Shown: piece by piece, positions 12,886 through 25,278 of the stretch
How positions within the stretch are numbered: the first letter of the stretch is position 1
How the letters are laid out: each line of letters opens with the position of its first letter
Notes under the pieces: model-generated
Database searches by the model: none
The model's input: the letters and a program-made list of their open reading frames with translations, nothing else
What the model was told of the DNA's origin: nothing
Made by a program: the position numbers and the translations under genes
Assembly: GCF_036321535.1 (NCBI RefSeq)
Contig: NC_087447.1
Location: 38,814,001 to 38,878,000 of the forward strand
Direction of reading: 5' to 3'
Source: Camelus dromedarius
Taxonomy: Eukaryota
Length of the DNA stretch: 64,000 bases

Positions 12886-12992
12886 CATCCTGATGATAAC
12901 CTTCTCATCAATCGACACGTTCTGTTTATAGGTACCAGGCATTTGTCTCTCCAAACCCACCTTTTTTCAGAAGACAAAAATAATTAGATGAA

Positions 12993-13153
12993 GGGGGGAG
13001 GGTATTGCTCCGTGGTAGAGTGTGTGCTTAGCATGCACGAGGTCCTGGGTTCAATCCCCCGTACCTCCATTAAAAAAATAAAGAAGTAAATAAATAAATC
13101 TAATTACCTACCCCCCCCCAAAAAACAAAACAAAAATAAACAAACAAACAAAA
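12993..13153 (+). mobile_element. vic-1-like tRNA-derived SINE (long form)
   Basis: GGGGGGAGGGTATTGCTCCGTGGTAGAG...GGTCCTGGGTTCAATCCCC...AATCTAATTACC-poly(C) followed by an A-rich tail. Confidence 0.9.
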
Positions 13154-13249
13154 TTCAATGAGTGCCTTTTCTAACTATGTGATTCCCAGTAATGAATCCT
13201 AGGAATAGGGATTATTTACTTGAGAAATTACCATGTGTGGGGACTGTAC

Positions 13250-13375
13250 AAGGCAGCCTTCCCTGGAGTGTCCTGATTTGCCCTGTCATCCGGCTGTAAT
13301 TATATGATAGGTAATAGCTCCCCCTTTCACCCTCACAAGTGACCCAGTTTGGATGGTGAATTCTATGACCTCCTG
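13250..13375. mobile_element. MER94-like hAT-Blackjack fragment
   Basis: CCGGCTGTAATTAT...CCCCTTTCACCTCACAAGTGACCCAGTTTGGATGGTGAATTCTATG. Confidence 0.55.
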
Positions 13376-15086
13376 TGTGCCAGGCACGGCCCCCAGACAT
13401 CAGCCCGTGTTGCCTGAAACCACCAGGTAGATGCTGCTGCTTCATAAGGCGTGGCCCCCAGCTCTCTCCCCACCACACTTCCCCACCATTTCACCCATAA
13501 GGAAACTGAGGCTCGGGAGCTGACACATCTTGCTTGCGGTGACCGCCTGGGTCCGGTTTTCCAGTGCCACCGCCCCTGTGTTACAGGGCTGCTGCCCACC
13601 CTCCCTTGGATGCCTCTTTGCCTCTTTCCTTCACTCTCTCCGTGCTCCCCATTTTCGCTGCATTTCTATGCTACGTGAGTCCCTCTTTTTCTCTCCCTGT
13701 GCTTGTGTCATCAGCCCTTTCTTAAACCCAACTCTCCCCCGTCGTTATTAGCCCTTGACACCACTGGGCTCCCCAGCAAACACTATCCCACCCAGCCAGT
13801 ACCTGCCCCTTATTGGCTGAAATCTAAGAAAAACACTGTACGCGTCACTCTGTTTAATCTTCACAAGAACCGGTGGGAGGCATACTCCTCCTCCCCACTA
13901 CCTAGGGTCAGGCTCCATCCCAAATCTAACGTGGCGCGTGCCCCTGGTGCTGGGCCATTGTTTTGTGCAAATATGAATTCTGTTGGTTCCACCCTGTGGG
14001 TGCCCTTGGAGGATGTGGCAGATGCGGGGGTTGGGGGTAGGGAGTCAGAGTCGGTAACAATAATAATTGTCCACACTGTGCTGTGACAACCGTTCTCAGA
14101 GCCTCACACACGACCTCACTTAATTCTCTCGGCCACCTCGTAAGATGAACGGTGTCCTGCTGCTCGTTTTACAAAGAAGGACACAAGAGCTCAGGGCTGG
14201 GACTGGACCCAGGGCTTTCGTCACTAAAGCCTCTGTACTTCCTAAGGCGCTGCATGGGATGCCCCAAACGACATTGCTTTTGGAACATGCCCCCTGAAAG
14301 ATCGCTGCCAGGTGAAAATGGAAAGGATCCTGATAAGGACACTTAGAAATGCTCCTTCAAAACACCTCCCGGCCTGGAAAGACTCCTGGAGGGATGCATA
14401 GGCAGACAGGCAGGTTCCTCTACCAGGAGGATTTGTTCCCCAACCTAACACCAGATCACAGATTGTCCTCTTGTTCACTTTTTTCCCCCCAGCTTTGTAA
14501 ATATTCAGAACAGGTGGACCTAAATAAGAACAAATGCCATTTAATTTGAACCTGAACTTCTGCCTCACAGACCAATGCTTCAGTCAGTCCATGAGGAAAA
14601 ACAATTATTACACCCCAGCTAGCACAGGCACCGGCTTATGAAACAACATCAGTGGCACAATAGTTTATTGGCAAAGAGATGGGAGGTTTGAAAAAAATCA
14701 ATTTTGTTAAAAATAAACAAAGTATAATTCTACCTTCCTGATGAGAGAACATTTATTTCCAAGGCAAATGAATAACAGCATGGCATTTTAGTCCCCAGAA
14801 ATGATCCCACAATCATCTTAACAACACATTACCCAATACCAGATATCGTGGCATGACACTCAAGGTCCCCTTGCCATCTGCCCCTGCCAACTCTTCCTGC
14901 CACACTACCTGCCTCTTCCCTTCAGGAACCTTGACTCCAGCAGTGATGAGTCATGTCTCAGTGTCCACTTTCTTGATCATTCTTCAAGACTTGGTACAGC
15001 CACCACCAGGAGACCTTCCAGACCCTCCTTCAGTGCTCTCATGGTATCTGGTACCACGTTAATTAAATGGTTTTGCTTCTGTATAC

Positions 15087-15447
15087 TGTCTTAGTCCCTT
15101 CAGGCTGCTATAACAAAAAAATGCCATAAATTAGGTGGCTTATATCAACATTTATTTTTTAAATTTCTGGAGGCTGGGAAGTCCACGATCGAGGTGCCAA
15201 CAGAATCAGTGTCGGGTAAAGACCAGCTTCCTCATGGAGGGCTGCCTTTCTGCTGTCACTTCACGTGGCAGAAGGAGCAAGGGAGCTTTCTGGGGGCTCT
15301 TTCACAAGGGCACCAATCCCATTCGTGAGAGCTTTGCCCTTATGACCTAATCACCACCCAAAGGCCCCATGTCCTAATACTATCCCTTTGGGCATTATGT
15401 TTTCAACATATGAATGTGGAGGGACCACTTACTTTCAGACCATAGCA
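15087..15447 (-). mobile_element. MaLR solo LTR (MLT1A-like)
   Basis: TG...CA termini; GGCTGCTATAACAAAA, TTCTGGAGGCTGGGAAGTCCA, AAGGGCACCAATCCCATTC, ATGACCTAATCACC, TTTCAACATATGAAT. Confidence 0.85.
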
Positions 15448-15459
15448 TCCCTAACACTA

Positions 15460-15690
15460 AGGGAGCATTTACAGTGTGCTGGGATGATTCTAAGAGCTTT
15501 TACATGTACAACAACAGTCTTTGCAATCATCTCATGAAATAGATACAATTTTTACATTCTCATTTTACAGAGAAGGAAATTGAGACACAAAGAAGGGAGG
15601 CAAGTTTTTCAAGGTCAATGGCTTGTAAATGGTGGAGCCAGACTTAAACGCAAACAGCCTGACTCCAGAGTCTACACAACCAACACTATG
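15460..15690 (-). mobile_element. MIR SINE
   Basis: CATTTTACAGAGAAGGAAATTGAGACACA...AAGGTCA...GCCTGACTCCAGAGTC. Confidence 0.75.
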
Positions 15691-17738
15691 CTCTATTTTT
15701 TCTGTCTCTTTTACAAAACAATGGGAGCCAGGGCCGGAAGCATAAAGAGTGCTTAATAAAGACAACATGAATCAACAAATAAATGAAACCCATTCCCTAG
15801 CTCCCGGTGGCCCTGGGGTGCTGACTGCAACATCTGCTTTTCCAACGTGGCCACCACCACCCCAAGGCCTCAGACTCGAGGCAGAGAAGATAGTTGGTGG
15901 CTTCTGTGCTCCTTCCCCGGAAGGCGTCTTTCCTGGCGCATAGCAGTTCCTGATTTGGCACCAATGCCCCCTGATCTTTAAAAGAACGTCCGCTTCCACT
16001 GAAACAGGTAAATTGCTTCAGGGAATGACAGGTTACTCCTCACTCTCAAGATAGAAACTGTTCCTCCAGCCCAGAATGAGTTAGTTGGAAAAAACTGATT
16101 TCACGCTTTGCTGAGCCTGATTGTCCTTGAATGCGAGCGCATTATCTGCCTGCCTGCGCTGGTTATGTGCAAGGGCTGCAGTGACTGTGGTTTGGGGGCG
16201 CAGGGGGCCCTTCGTAGGGGGAGATCTTGGATCTTGAGCTTTCGGTGGTCCCCTGTGAGCTCGGGAAAAGCAGAGCCATGCCATGTGGCAGACAGTTTTT
16301 CTCTCAACACTACTTTCTTGCCTTCAAATCCTCCATGCCTTCCTTTTTTTTTTTTTTTTCCCTGTTTTTCTCCAGGGGCTGCAGACCTGTTTTCCCAGCT
16401 GCCAGCCTTGAGGCCTTTCACCCTTGGTTGTTCCACAGACCCATCAGCCTTAATATGCCTGCAAGGGAACTTTCCTCCCCAAATCTGCTTTGCTTGTGCT
16501 CCCATCAGTGTCACCTTCAGGCAGCCGGTCACTAAGCCATGAAGCACCTAGATTCCACCCTCCCTTTTATGGATTTCCTGGCCCCCTCTCTGCCCCCTTG
16601 ATGTGGACATTCTAACTTTAGAGGGTGGACCCAGCTTCCCTGCCTCCAGCCCCCATGAACAGGATGACATGAGACTCCTCACTGAACAAACAGCCTTGCT
16701 GCCTGGGACCTTCCAAAGAAGGGTCATCAACCCATCCAGAGAGCAAGCGTGTGACAGGGGCCCACCTGGAGTGTGTGCCTGGCCCTGGCTGCGGCGTGTG
16801 TGGTCAGACGCAGGGAGGAGAGAAAATGAAATCAAATCCAGGCAGCCTGATGGTGAACCCCAGGGTTAAGTGGAGTCGAATCCAGCTAAGGTAAGGAGAG
16901 GGAAGTGGGAAAGCAGATGGAGGAGGAAAAACAAACAGAAGTCCAACCCCCTGAGGAGTCCATGGTGGGGAGTTCCTCTGGCAAAGGAGGGCGCTCTTTC
17001 TAATGCATTTGGCATGTTACAAGGAAACTTACTTTTTTAGGTACCTTTGGATGAAGTTCATGAAAGGATGGCAAAGTCCAACAGAGCTGCTGACTGAATT
17101 TTGAATGTGCAAAGGGAACCTAAGGTGTGTGGATAGAGGGTGGGTAGCTGGAGTATTCTCAGGATGAGATTAATAGGAATTTGGTAGTTGGGCAGGGAGC
17201 TGGCAGCATGAGAGGAGAGAAGATTCTCAAGGCTGAGAGCAGAGAAGATGACGGCAAAGCCTGGTGAGAAACCAGCAGACTTCCCAGGTCAGGAAACCCT
17301 AGTGATCTAGAGGCTGACAAGTAAGACGAGATTGTAGATTGTGATCTCTAAGGCGGTGTGCTCAGAGCTACCTGGTCCCCCCACAACCTTCCAGGAAAGT
17401 CCACCCTGTAAGAGGCCTTGTGTTAGCAGTAATCTGGGACAAAATGGAGAAAGTTGGGGCGATGCATGAAATGGAGCAAAGAGATGTCAGAGGAAGTTAC
17501 AGAGTAGAGATTAAGAATCCAAAAAATGGCAGGAAACTGACGGTAATAGCAGGTGCTGTGCTCCTCTTCATACATGGGGTGGGGCTGGGGTCATCTGTAC
17601 CCACTGAAGGATGGAGACAGCCCGGCAGCCTGGAGGACTGGGGACACCCAGCTGCATTAGCTTACTGGCCAGCACAAGAAGGGTTGAAGCAGAGAGCACC
17701 AAAGGAAAGTTAAGCCTGGAGGAGAGTTTTAAAAGTTA

Positions 17739-17753
17739 GTTGTCTATGGCAAC
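17739..17753. promoter_or_regulatory. RFX X-box-like motif
   Basis: GTTGTCTATGGCAAC is a near-palindrome fitting GTNRCC(N0-3)RGYAAC closely. Motif match only, function untested. Confidence 0.4.
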
Positions 17754-19419
17754 AGAGAGACTGGAGAGGGTGCAGTTACTGGTACCGGTCTGTATAGGCT
17801 TTAGGTAAAATACAGAAGAAAGAAGTTCCCAGAAACCCCTCCAGAGAACCGAGCCAACCCGGTGGGGTTCCAGATGTGGATGGGAGGTAAGTGAAGGGAG
17901 ATCGCTCTGTGTCTAGGCTAAGAAAGTGGGACAAAGAGGGTCCATCCAGGATGAATGTGCCCAAGGTACCAAAGGAGAGAGGGGCAGAGAGAGGTGTGGT
18001 GGAAAAGTACAACCTGCTTCTCTGCATCTGTTCTTGGGTCTGAGCCAGCTCAGATTTCACGCTGCTCCCATCCAGCTGATGGAACAAACACCCAGTGAAC
18101 TCTACCTGGCTGTGTTCTGTATCATTGGAACCCCCAGGTCCATCGGTGAAGCCCAGTTCCTGGCAGAACAGCCACTGGTGGAAGCCCCGGTAACAATGCC
18201 CCTCATTCCTACCCCAGTTAGCTGCTGGGTTCTGCAAATTCCATTCCCCGGATAGCTCATTTCCCTCCTTATCCTCCCAATGCTTCTTTCTTTGCCTACT
18301 CCCCATGGGCCTGATACACGGTCCTCTCCTCTGGCTAGGTCTCAGGCTTCCCTTCAGGGGTTGGGCACATGCCAGCTGGTACTCCATCAATGCTCATTAA
18401 GTCAGGAGCCAAGCCCTTGTACAACACACCCCACTACACACACACATACACACATACTCACACACACACGTTATCTGACTTCTGGGGTTCTTCCCTTCCA
18501 TTAAAAAAGCAAGTGTCTTACTGTTTCACACTCAGATTTAAATGTACAAGTAAACTTTGCCAATGTAGGAGAACTGGGGGAACTTACAATGTGCTGCTGA
18601 AACCTCCCAGGGGTTAATTCCCTACTGTGTAGCTTTGCACAGATCGGGGACCAGAGAGCCGCCCCATTCCAGCACAGTGGATGGCATAGCTGTGTCTAAA
18701 CCTTAAGCTGTCCCTTCCAGGGGGCTGCTGAGAAGTGGTCCTCTCTCTTCTCCATCATCTTCCTCTCTTCCTACCCCTCATCTCCCTCTATCAAGTCAGC
18801 ACTTACATTCTCTACAATGTCAGGCACTGTAGTTGGCTCTTATTTCGATTCATCCTCATCATCACCCTCTGAGACAGGTACCAGCATCCTCATTTCTCAC
18901 AAGCTCAGAGACTGGTTCAAGGTCCAGAGCTAGGGAGCAGCTGTCCTCTTTGATTGCAAAGCCTCTGCTCTTCCTGCTCTCCCTGCTCTCCTGGGCCACC
19001 TCGCACTTGGGCCAGGATCATCTTGCCAGATCCTTATCTTTATTCCCTCCAATCTCTCCAGAAAGCCTTGCTAGAAAGCTGCCTCTTTTGGTCCCCTCCT
19101 TTAGTTCAGAATCTGTTAGATCAAGTGTCTTTCCTATTTCTGAGGTGGCTTATAGAAAACCCTGATCCCTTTCTACCAGAAGATGTAGTATGGTCCTTGG
19201 CAAATTTATTATTTGAATTGAAAGTAACTGAAATATATTTTGGTCCTTAACAAATTGCACTTTGATTCTATATGTGCCTCCATTGCCACACTCTTAGCTG
19301 GGAGAAGAGGGACCAAGTCCAGCTCATCTGCGTGAACTTCAAAATGCTTTATCCAGAGACTGAGGCACTAGGGACATTCAGGTGATGTTTCTGAGGAAAG
19401 GGCAATGGCAGAGTGTAGA

Positions 19420-19610
19420 GTACAGGCCCCACAAATCATGCCAGGTCTGACTGTGCTCCATCATGTCCAGCTCTGTGACCTTGAGCAAGAAGCTCGCCTT
19501 TCTGAATCTCAGGTTTCAAAATGAGGAGACTGGTAGTACCCACCCAATATCACATGAGAAGTGCCTTCAAGGGATTAGCACACTGTCATCACAGTGAGTG
19601 CTAAATAGAT
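19420..19610 (+). mobile_element. MIR SINE
   Basis: AGCTCTGTGACCTTGAGCAAG...TCTGAATCTCAGGTTTC...TTAGCACA...AGTGCTAAATAGATG. Confidence 0.6.
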
Positions 19611-20164
19611 GGTGGTCATTGGTGGTGGTGGAGGTGGTGATGTGACTGTATCCATCCTGTCTCTGACCCTTTCCGATCATCCAACACAGCTACCCAACTG
19701 TAATCCTGGTCTCCGTATTCAGTCACCCTGACCCCATCCCCCAGCTGTAATCTCTGGTCTCTGTATTCAGCCTTCTGACTCCAATCTTGCCTCGCCTTTG
19801 GCACATGGATTCTGAATTTGGTTTCCAGTATTTGGCTTGGGGATGCTCCCTTATGGTCTTGGGCTTGGAATGGGTCCTTTGGTTCTTACCAAAGCCTGCA
19901 GTCTGACCCTGCCCTCGATCCAAACAAAGGCCACTTAATCTGCCTTAATTCTTCCTATTTCCTAGTCATGCTCATCCCACCAAAAGAGAGAAAGAAGAAA
20001 GGAATAAGAGCAGGTGGGAGGGAAGAAGGGAGAAAAACAAGGAAGAAGAAAGGGCTTCAGGGAGCTCTCTTAACTCTTCTCTGGACTTTTTCACTATTTA
20101 ATGCCTGAACTGGGATTGCTGCTTCTAACCTTATTTTCATCTCGTTTGCCATCCACATAGTCAC

Positions 20165-20380
20165 TAGAACAACAGTGAGCATGTATTAATCATGTCCTAT
20201 GTACGTGACAAGTACAGTTCAGAGCATTTCACATACATTAGCTCATTTAACCCTCACTACCAACATACAAAGTAAACAGGAATAGTAATTTCATTTTAAA
20301 GACAAAGAAGTTGACACCCCCTTGCCCACCTGCTTGAGCATCTTGCCTGAGGTTGCATAGCTAGTAAAGCAGCAAAGACA
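20165..20380 (-). mobile_element. MIR SINE
   Basis: CATACATTAGCTCATTTAACCCTCAC...CATTTTAAAGACAAAGAAGTTGA...CTTGCCTGAGGTTGCATAGCTAGTAA. Confidence 0.7.
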
Positions 20381-22464
20381 AACTTCCCAACAGAATGGGC
20401 ACTCAAGACCAACCTAGTGACTGTCTTTGCACGAGACTGCAAGCATATCAAGGCGCAGGCAGCTTTTAAGGCAACCTATTCAGATTTGGCTACTACCCGG
20501 GACTGGGGGAGTTGGGATGGGACCAACATCTGGGTGAGGGTATCCCTACTCCCTTGCACAAATTTTCCCCCAAAGGGCAGCTAAAACTTGAGAGGCCCTT
20601 GAGCAAGGAGAGACTCAAAAGGCCTGTCTATCTTCCCCATCCTGATACACACACATAACAGTGGGTCCCCAAAGGTCAGGGCTCTCATTCACCTTTCTAG
20701 CTCCCCTACTCTCTTGCACAGTGCCCGACCCAGTACATGCTTTGCACACATGGTGTTATTCAGCCTGATCTCTCCAGGTTATACTGTGAATTTCATGAAA
20801 TAATATTGGTAAAAGTGTCTCATAAAAGGTTAGGTACTTCTCAAATAAAATTCATCATCATCATTATTATTATTACTGTCTTTCAAAAAATTCCAACTAT
20901 TTGAAAGGCTGTTGAAGAGTTTTCATGCCATTGGAAAAAGGAAGGAGGCACAGCCACGCTGAGTTTCTTTGGAAGGGGTCACACTGTGGTTTGAAGACTT
21001 CTGTATAGTCTAAGTTACGCTTTTCTTGCTCAGACTGTGTGGAGAAAGAGCAACCGGGGGCGGGGGGTGTCCCACCACTGCCCCTCTGCCACCTGTTTGT
21101 GGCAGAGCCATCTGGAGCCCACCCCTGGACTGGCTGCTCATTCCTTGCCTTTGGTCGATAAACAAACCCAGGAGACTGAGTAGCCAGTATGGGTGTTTGT
21201 AGAGAGCAGTTGAGGAAACATTCCCAGCCCAGAGGACACAGCTGGGGCGGCTGTCAGAACAATCCAGGCCTCTGGGAAAAGGCGAGGCTTAGCCTAGCAA
21301 ACATGGCCTCGGCCTCGGCTTGACCTCTGGATGCCACGTGTCACCTTCGGTGGGAAAATAAATAGTCCCCTTGTCTGGAATGCACACTGCTTCTCTTGTG
21401 GAACATGGGAAACGGGCAGCAATTGTGCGGGAGGAAAAGCCTGTCTGCAGGCTGTCCTCGGGGCCTGTGGGCGGGCAGGCTGCCTCCTGGCAGTACTGCT
21501 GTTGTCTCCCTGATGGCTCGCTCCTCACTCTGTGGTGACGGTTCAGGATGTAGTTTTACAGATGGGCCAGGGATGCTGTCCATACAGCTTTGTAAGGTGG
21601 GGGTTGGGGGTCAGAGGGCCACATTTCACTTTGGTTACAAGAAGCTGCTTGACTTGTATGAAGACTTCTGACAGGGAGCGGGCCCTGGTCAGGTGGTGCA
21701 ATGCTCACTTTAGATCCTGGCTGCCGACACCTATTGCCTGGAGCCCCGAGAGGTGCCCAGAAAAGGTAGTCTCTCGGTGGGAGTGAAGAAGCTGACTTGG
21801 GTGGCAGTGAGTTTGCTAAGCAGGCACTGAAGGGGGGCCACAGTTTTTTCACCCATCAGCTGGGCTGCTCAACCTCTAGGACTGTAAGAGGAACCAAACA
21901 GCTTTCCTCTTCAGAACTAAGTTTAATTACCTGAGCTTGACTTCCAGGAGCCATTCTATTACAAAGTGTTCTGATGCTGGGTCCAAGCTCAGTGGAGCGA
22001 GGGGCACACTTGATGAGTAATATCTGTCACCAGGGCAGACTGTGAAGGGTTGGGACTGTCAGAACGTACGTACCTCTCTGCCATCCCTGCCCTAGCCCCC
22101 TCTCCACATGCATCCTAGTGGCTGTCAGGGTCTCTCCCTTCCAACCCCTCCCCGGGCTGACGACTGTCCACCTTCATTCACCTTTATCCCCACCAATGAA
22201 AATGCCCTCCACAACCCAAGCCAGAAACCTGGATCTTACCACAAAATGCAACTTTTTCATTTCCCTCCAGATATGGGTAATTTACAAATCCTTCCAGTTC
22301 CACTTTTGCAAGATCTTTTTAGTCCCTCCCCCCTCATTTCCCCATCTACACAGTCTTTGTTTTAGCTCATGTCTCACCTTGATGAGCATAGTACCCTTCC
22401 AACAGGTCGATCTGAGTTTGACCTCATTCCAAACAGTTATCATCCACAACCATCATAAGAGGGA

Positions 22465-23604
22465 CAGAAGCATCCTAAGGCAAGAGGAGAGATAGAAAAT
22501 GTGGACACCAGGAGATGCCTAGGAAAGCTGATACCAAAAATCAGAGGCTATAGGACTTCAACACAGAGAGGAGGAACTCTTTAAATGGTGATAGAGCTAC
22601 CTGAGATGGCTCCAGGCACACAAATCCTAACTTGTTGGACTCCCAGTGGCTAAAATTCAGGATGCTTCTCCAGCATCTCTGTTCCCTGCACTGTTCACTG
22701 CTCTCTCTCCCTCTCTCCCCGACGGTCCCCTCATTCCCCCGCCACCATTTGCCTTATTAACTGATCTCCTAAATGCTTCCAAAGCGTCCTTATTCAAGTA
22801 TTTGTAGTAACCAGTTCAATGATCTTTATTCTTCAAACTCTGAAGTCGAAGAAAGCTTAGAATTTGCTCTTGTTCTTTCAGTAGCCTCATTATCTCTTCT
22901 GGTCATTTTGTTCCTGTCTCCAGAGGAGTCAGGTGCCCAGAGGAAAACTTGAGGCACAATATGGGTGACCACTGGCCAATGAGTGGGAAGCTTGTGGGGC
23001 TCAGGAGATTCTTTTTTTGGAGAGCCGGCCCTCAGCAGAGCGTCTGCCCTAGGGAGTAGAAAGCACCTGTGATTTGTTTCAACGAGCTACACAGGGATGA
23101 TTTCCTCCCTGGAGCAGTACGATGGGCTTTAAAGACATGGAAAGGGAACACAGCATTTTGTAATAAATCTGGCAGATGCCCTTGCCCAGAAGGAAGGGAA
23201 GCTCAGTGACTTGGACATTAAGCTGTCAGAGTATGGCTGGACAGGTCAAACGAAGACAACCCTGGCAGAGGGTCAGGTTCCTAGACTCTGGGAAAGACTT
23301 GAGCCACCTACTGGCGAAGGGTAAATAAGACATCTTCCAGAGAGCCTTGTGGGAAGAGAACCAGGGAACCAATGCACAGCTTTTAATTGTAGAATCCAAA
23401 GTGTTGATTTTTTATTTTAATTAGCAAGCCATGGGACATTGTATCTGAGCCTTGCACATGGCAGGAAAAGTAACAATTATTTCCAGGGTTTCCAAAGAAC
23501 TGATGATCTGTTTTGATCATTTTTGCTGGTATCTCCAGAAGCATCCTAAGGCAAGAGGAGAGAGAGAAAATGTGGACACCAGGAGATGCCCAGGAAGGGT
23601 GATA
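22465..23604 (+). repeat. Dispersed 69-bp direct repeat (22465-22533 and 23536-23604)
   Basis: CAGAAGCATCCTAAGGCAAGAGGAGAGA(T/G)AGAAAATGTGGACACCAGGAGATGCC(T/C)AGGAA..TGATA; 65/69 identical by hand alignment. Confidence 0.9.
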
Positions 23605-23769
23605 TGCCCAGGAAGGACTGAGGGAAGACTGGAAGTATTGAGATCCATTAGAAAGCAATCATCAGTGCTTTTTCTAGGTAAAAGTTGAGTGGATTTTTGA
23701 GATAATTAAAAATCAACATTTAAACTGCAGAAATTCTTTCCCCCCTTTTTAAAAAAGGCAATTCTCTTA

Positions 23770-24010
23770 ATATTCTTCAGGAAAGCCTTCCCTGTCCCCA
23801 GGGACTGGATTAGATGATCCTATTATGCAAACTCATTGCCTTCTGTACTTTCCTTCCCAAGTACTTCTCATAATTTTTAATCATACCTCTGTATCTTTCT
23901 TCATGTATTTAATATCTATTTCCCCACCAGACTATAAATTCTGGGAGTGCACAACCAGATTGTCTGTTCTTCCCTGCTTTATCCTGAGCACCTAGCACAT
24001 GCCAGAGACA
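23770..24010 (+). mobile_element. L2 3' fragment
   Basis: TCAGGAAAGCCTTCCCTG...TCCCCACCAGACTATAAATT...GCACCTAGCACATGCC. Confidence 0.65.
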
Positions 24011-24469
24011 TAATCTAAACTCAAAGGAACTGATGACAATGATGGACTTGAGGGTGGACAGAGGGAAGCTAAGGACATGAGGGTGTAATAAAGAGTACAA
24101 TGCAGTAGAGGCTGTAGACTGGAGGTCCAAACGAAGATGAAGAATTATTACAGTGTGTTTCAAAAGAAGGTTGGCCAGAGGTTATGGGAGATGTGGAATT
24201 GAGATTTTAAGAGCGAGCGTAGCTGCTGGTGATGACACAACCTAGACTAGGATATTGCACGGGAGTTGGTTAGATGAGGAGCTGAATGTCTGAGGGAAGC
24301 TGTTGGCTGTGTCTTCTCCATAGATATTGCAATTAACAAAATTGATTGTTAATGTCAGGAGTGGTATGAAAAGCTGAAGCCTACAGTGAATAATGGGGAG
24401 ATGGCGGGACCAGTGACTGACAACAAGGAGAGGTAGAAAGTGGCATAGTTTGATGGCATGTGTTTCCTC

Positions 24470-25085
24470 CATCCATTTTTTAGACAAGCATTTACTAAGT
24501 GCATACTATATATGAAGTCCAGTACATGCTGTGCGTGATGCAAGTAACAGTAAAATATTGTCCCTCCTTCAAGGGGCTTGTAATTTACTGCCTGTAAGTG
24601 TAAATAAGATTGAAAGGCATTTAGTGATTGAAGCATTATTGATCATCTGTGACAAGCATAATACTAGGCCTTTATGGACACCATGGATCTTGCCTTCAAG
24701 GAGTTTACTGTGTGGGGGAGAGACAACCAGCAATGTAGAAAATTATAACCTGGCAGGATGAATGCTAATATTGAGATTCCCGCATGAGGTGAAGGGGCCT
24801 TGAGGAGGTTTCCTAATCTAGACTAAGGAAAGGGAATCAGAGAAAAATTCCTGGAAGAGAATATGACTGATTTCAATTTTGAAGAAAGAATAAGAGGAAG
24901 TGGTGTGAGGCAGACTAGAGATTCTCCTAGAGAGAGGAAATTGAGTGAAGAGCGTGGTGGTGAGTGGAAGGATGATAAATCTGGAGACCTCTAAGAAGCT
25001 CTGTGTGATGGGAGCTTAAAGGGAGATGCGAGAAGTGGCAGGCGATGAAGCTGAAAAGGGAAGCAGGTACTAGATCATAAAGATT
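24470..25085 (-). mobile_element. L2 fragment(s)
   Basis: CAAGCATTTACTAAGTGC...TGCCTTCAAGGAGTTTAC...TCAGAGAAAAATTCCTGGAAGAG...GATGAAGCTGAAAAGG...CAGGTACTAGATCAT. Confidence 0.65.
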
Positions 25086-25091
25086 TTTAGC

Positions 25092-25184
25092 GGGGAAGAT
25101 TTTAGTAGCTCAGTGGTAGAGCATGTGCTTAGCGTGCATGAGGTCCTGGGTTCAATCCCCAGTACCTCCTTTAATATAAATAGA

Positions 25185-25228
<44 letters not shown>

Positions 25229-25278
25229 TAGACAGACAGACCGACCTAATTACCCCTCCCAAACAAACAAACAAAAAA
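25092..25278 (+). mobile_element. vic-1-like SINE with internal (TAGA)n(CAGA)n expansion
   Basis: TAGCTCAGTGGTAGAGC...GGTCCTGGGTTCAATCCCCAGTACCTCC, tetranucleotide run at 25181-25245, then ACCTAATTACCCC and an A tail. Confidence 0.9.

Noticed and set aside
17776..18390. 204-aa minus-strand ORF
   Set aside because: No recognisable domain or exon structure; GC-rich unique DNA yields such ORFs by chance. Not excluded without a homology search.
22465..23604. Mini LTR element (TRIM-like) or CRISPR-like repeat
   Set aside because: Only two copies, no TG...CA termini, no PBS or TSD found, and no regular spacer array.
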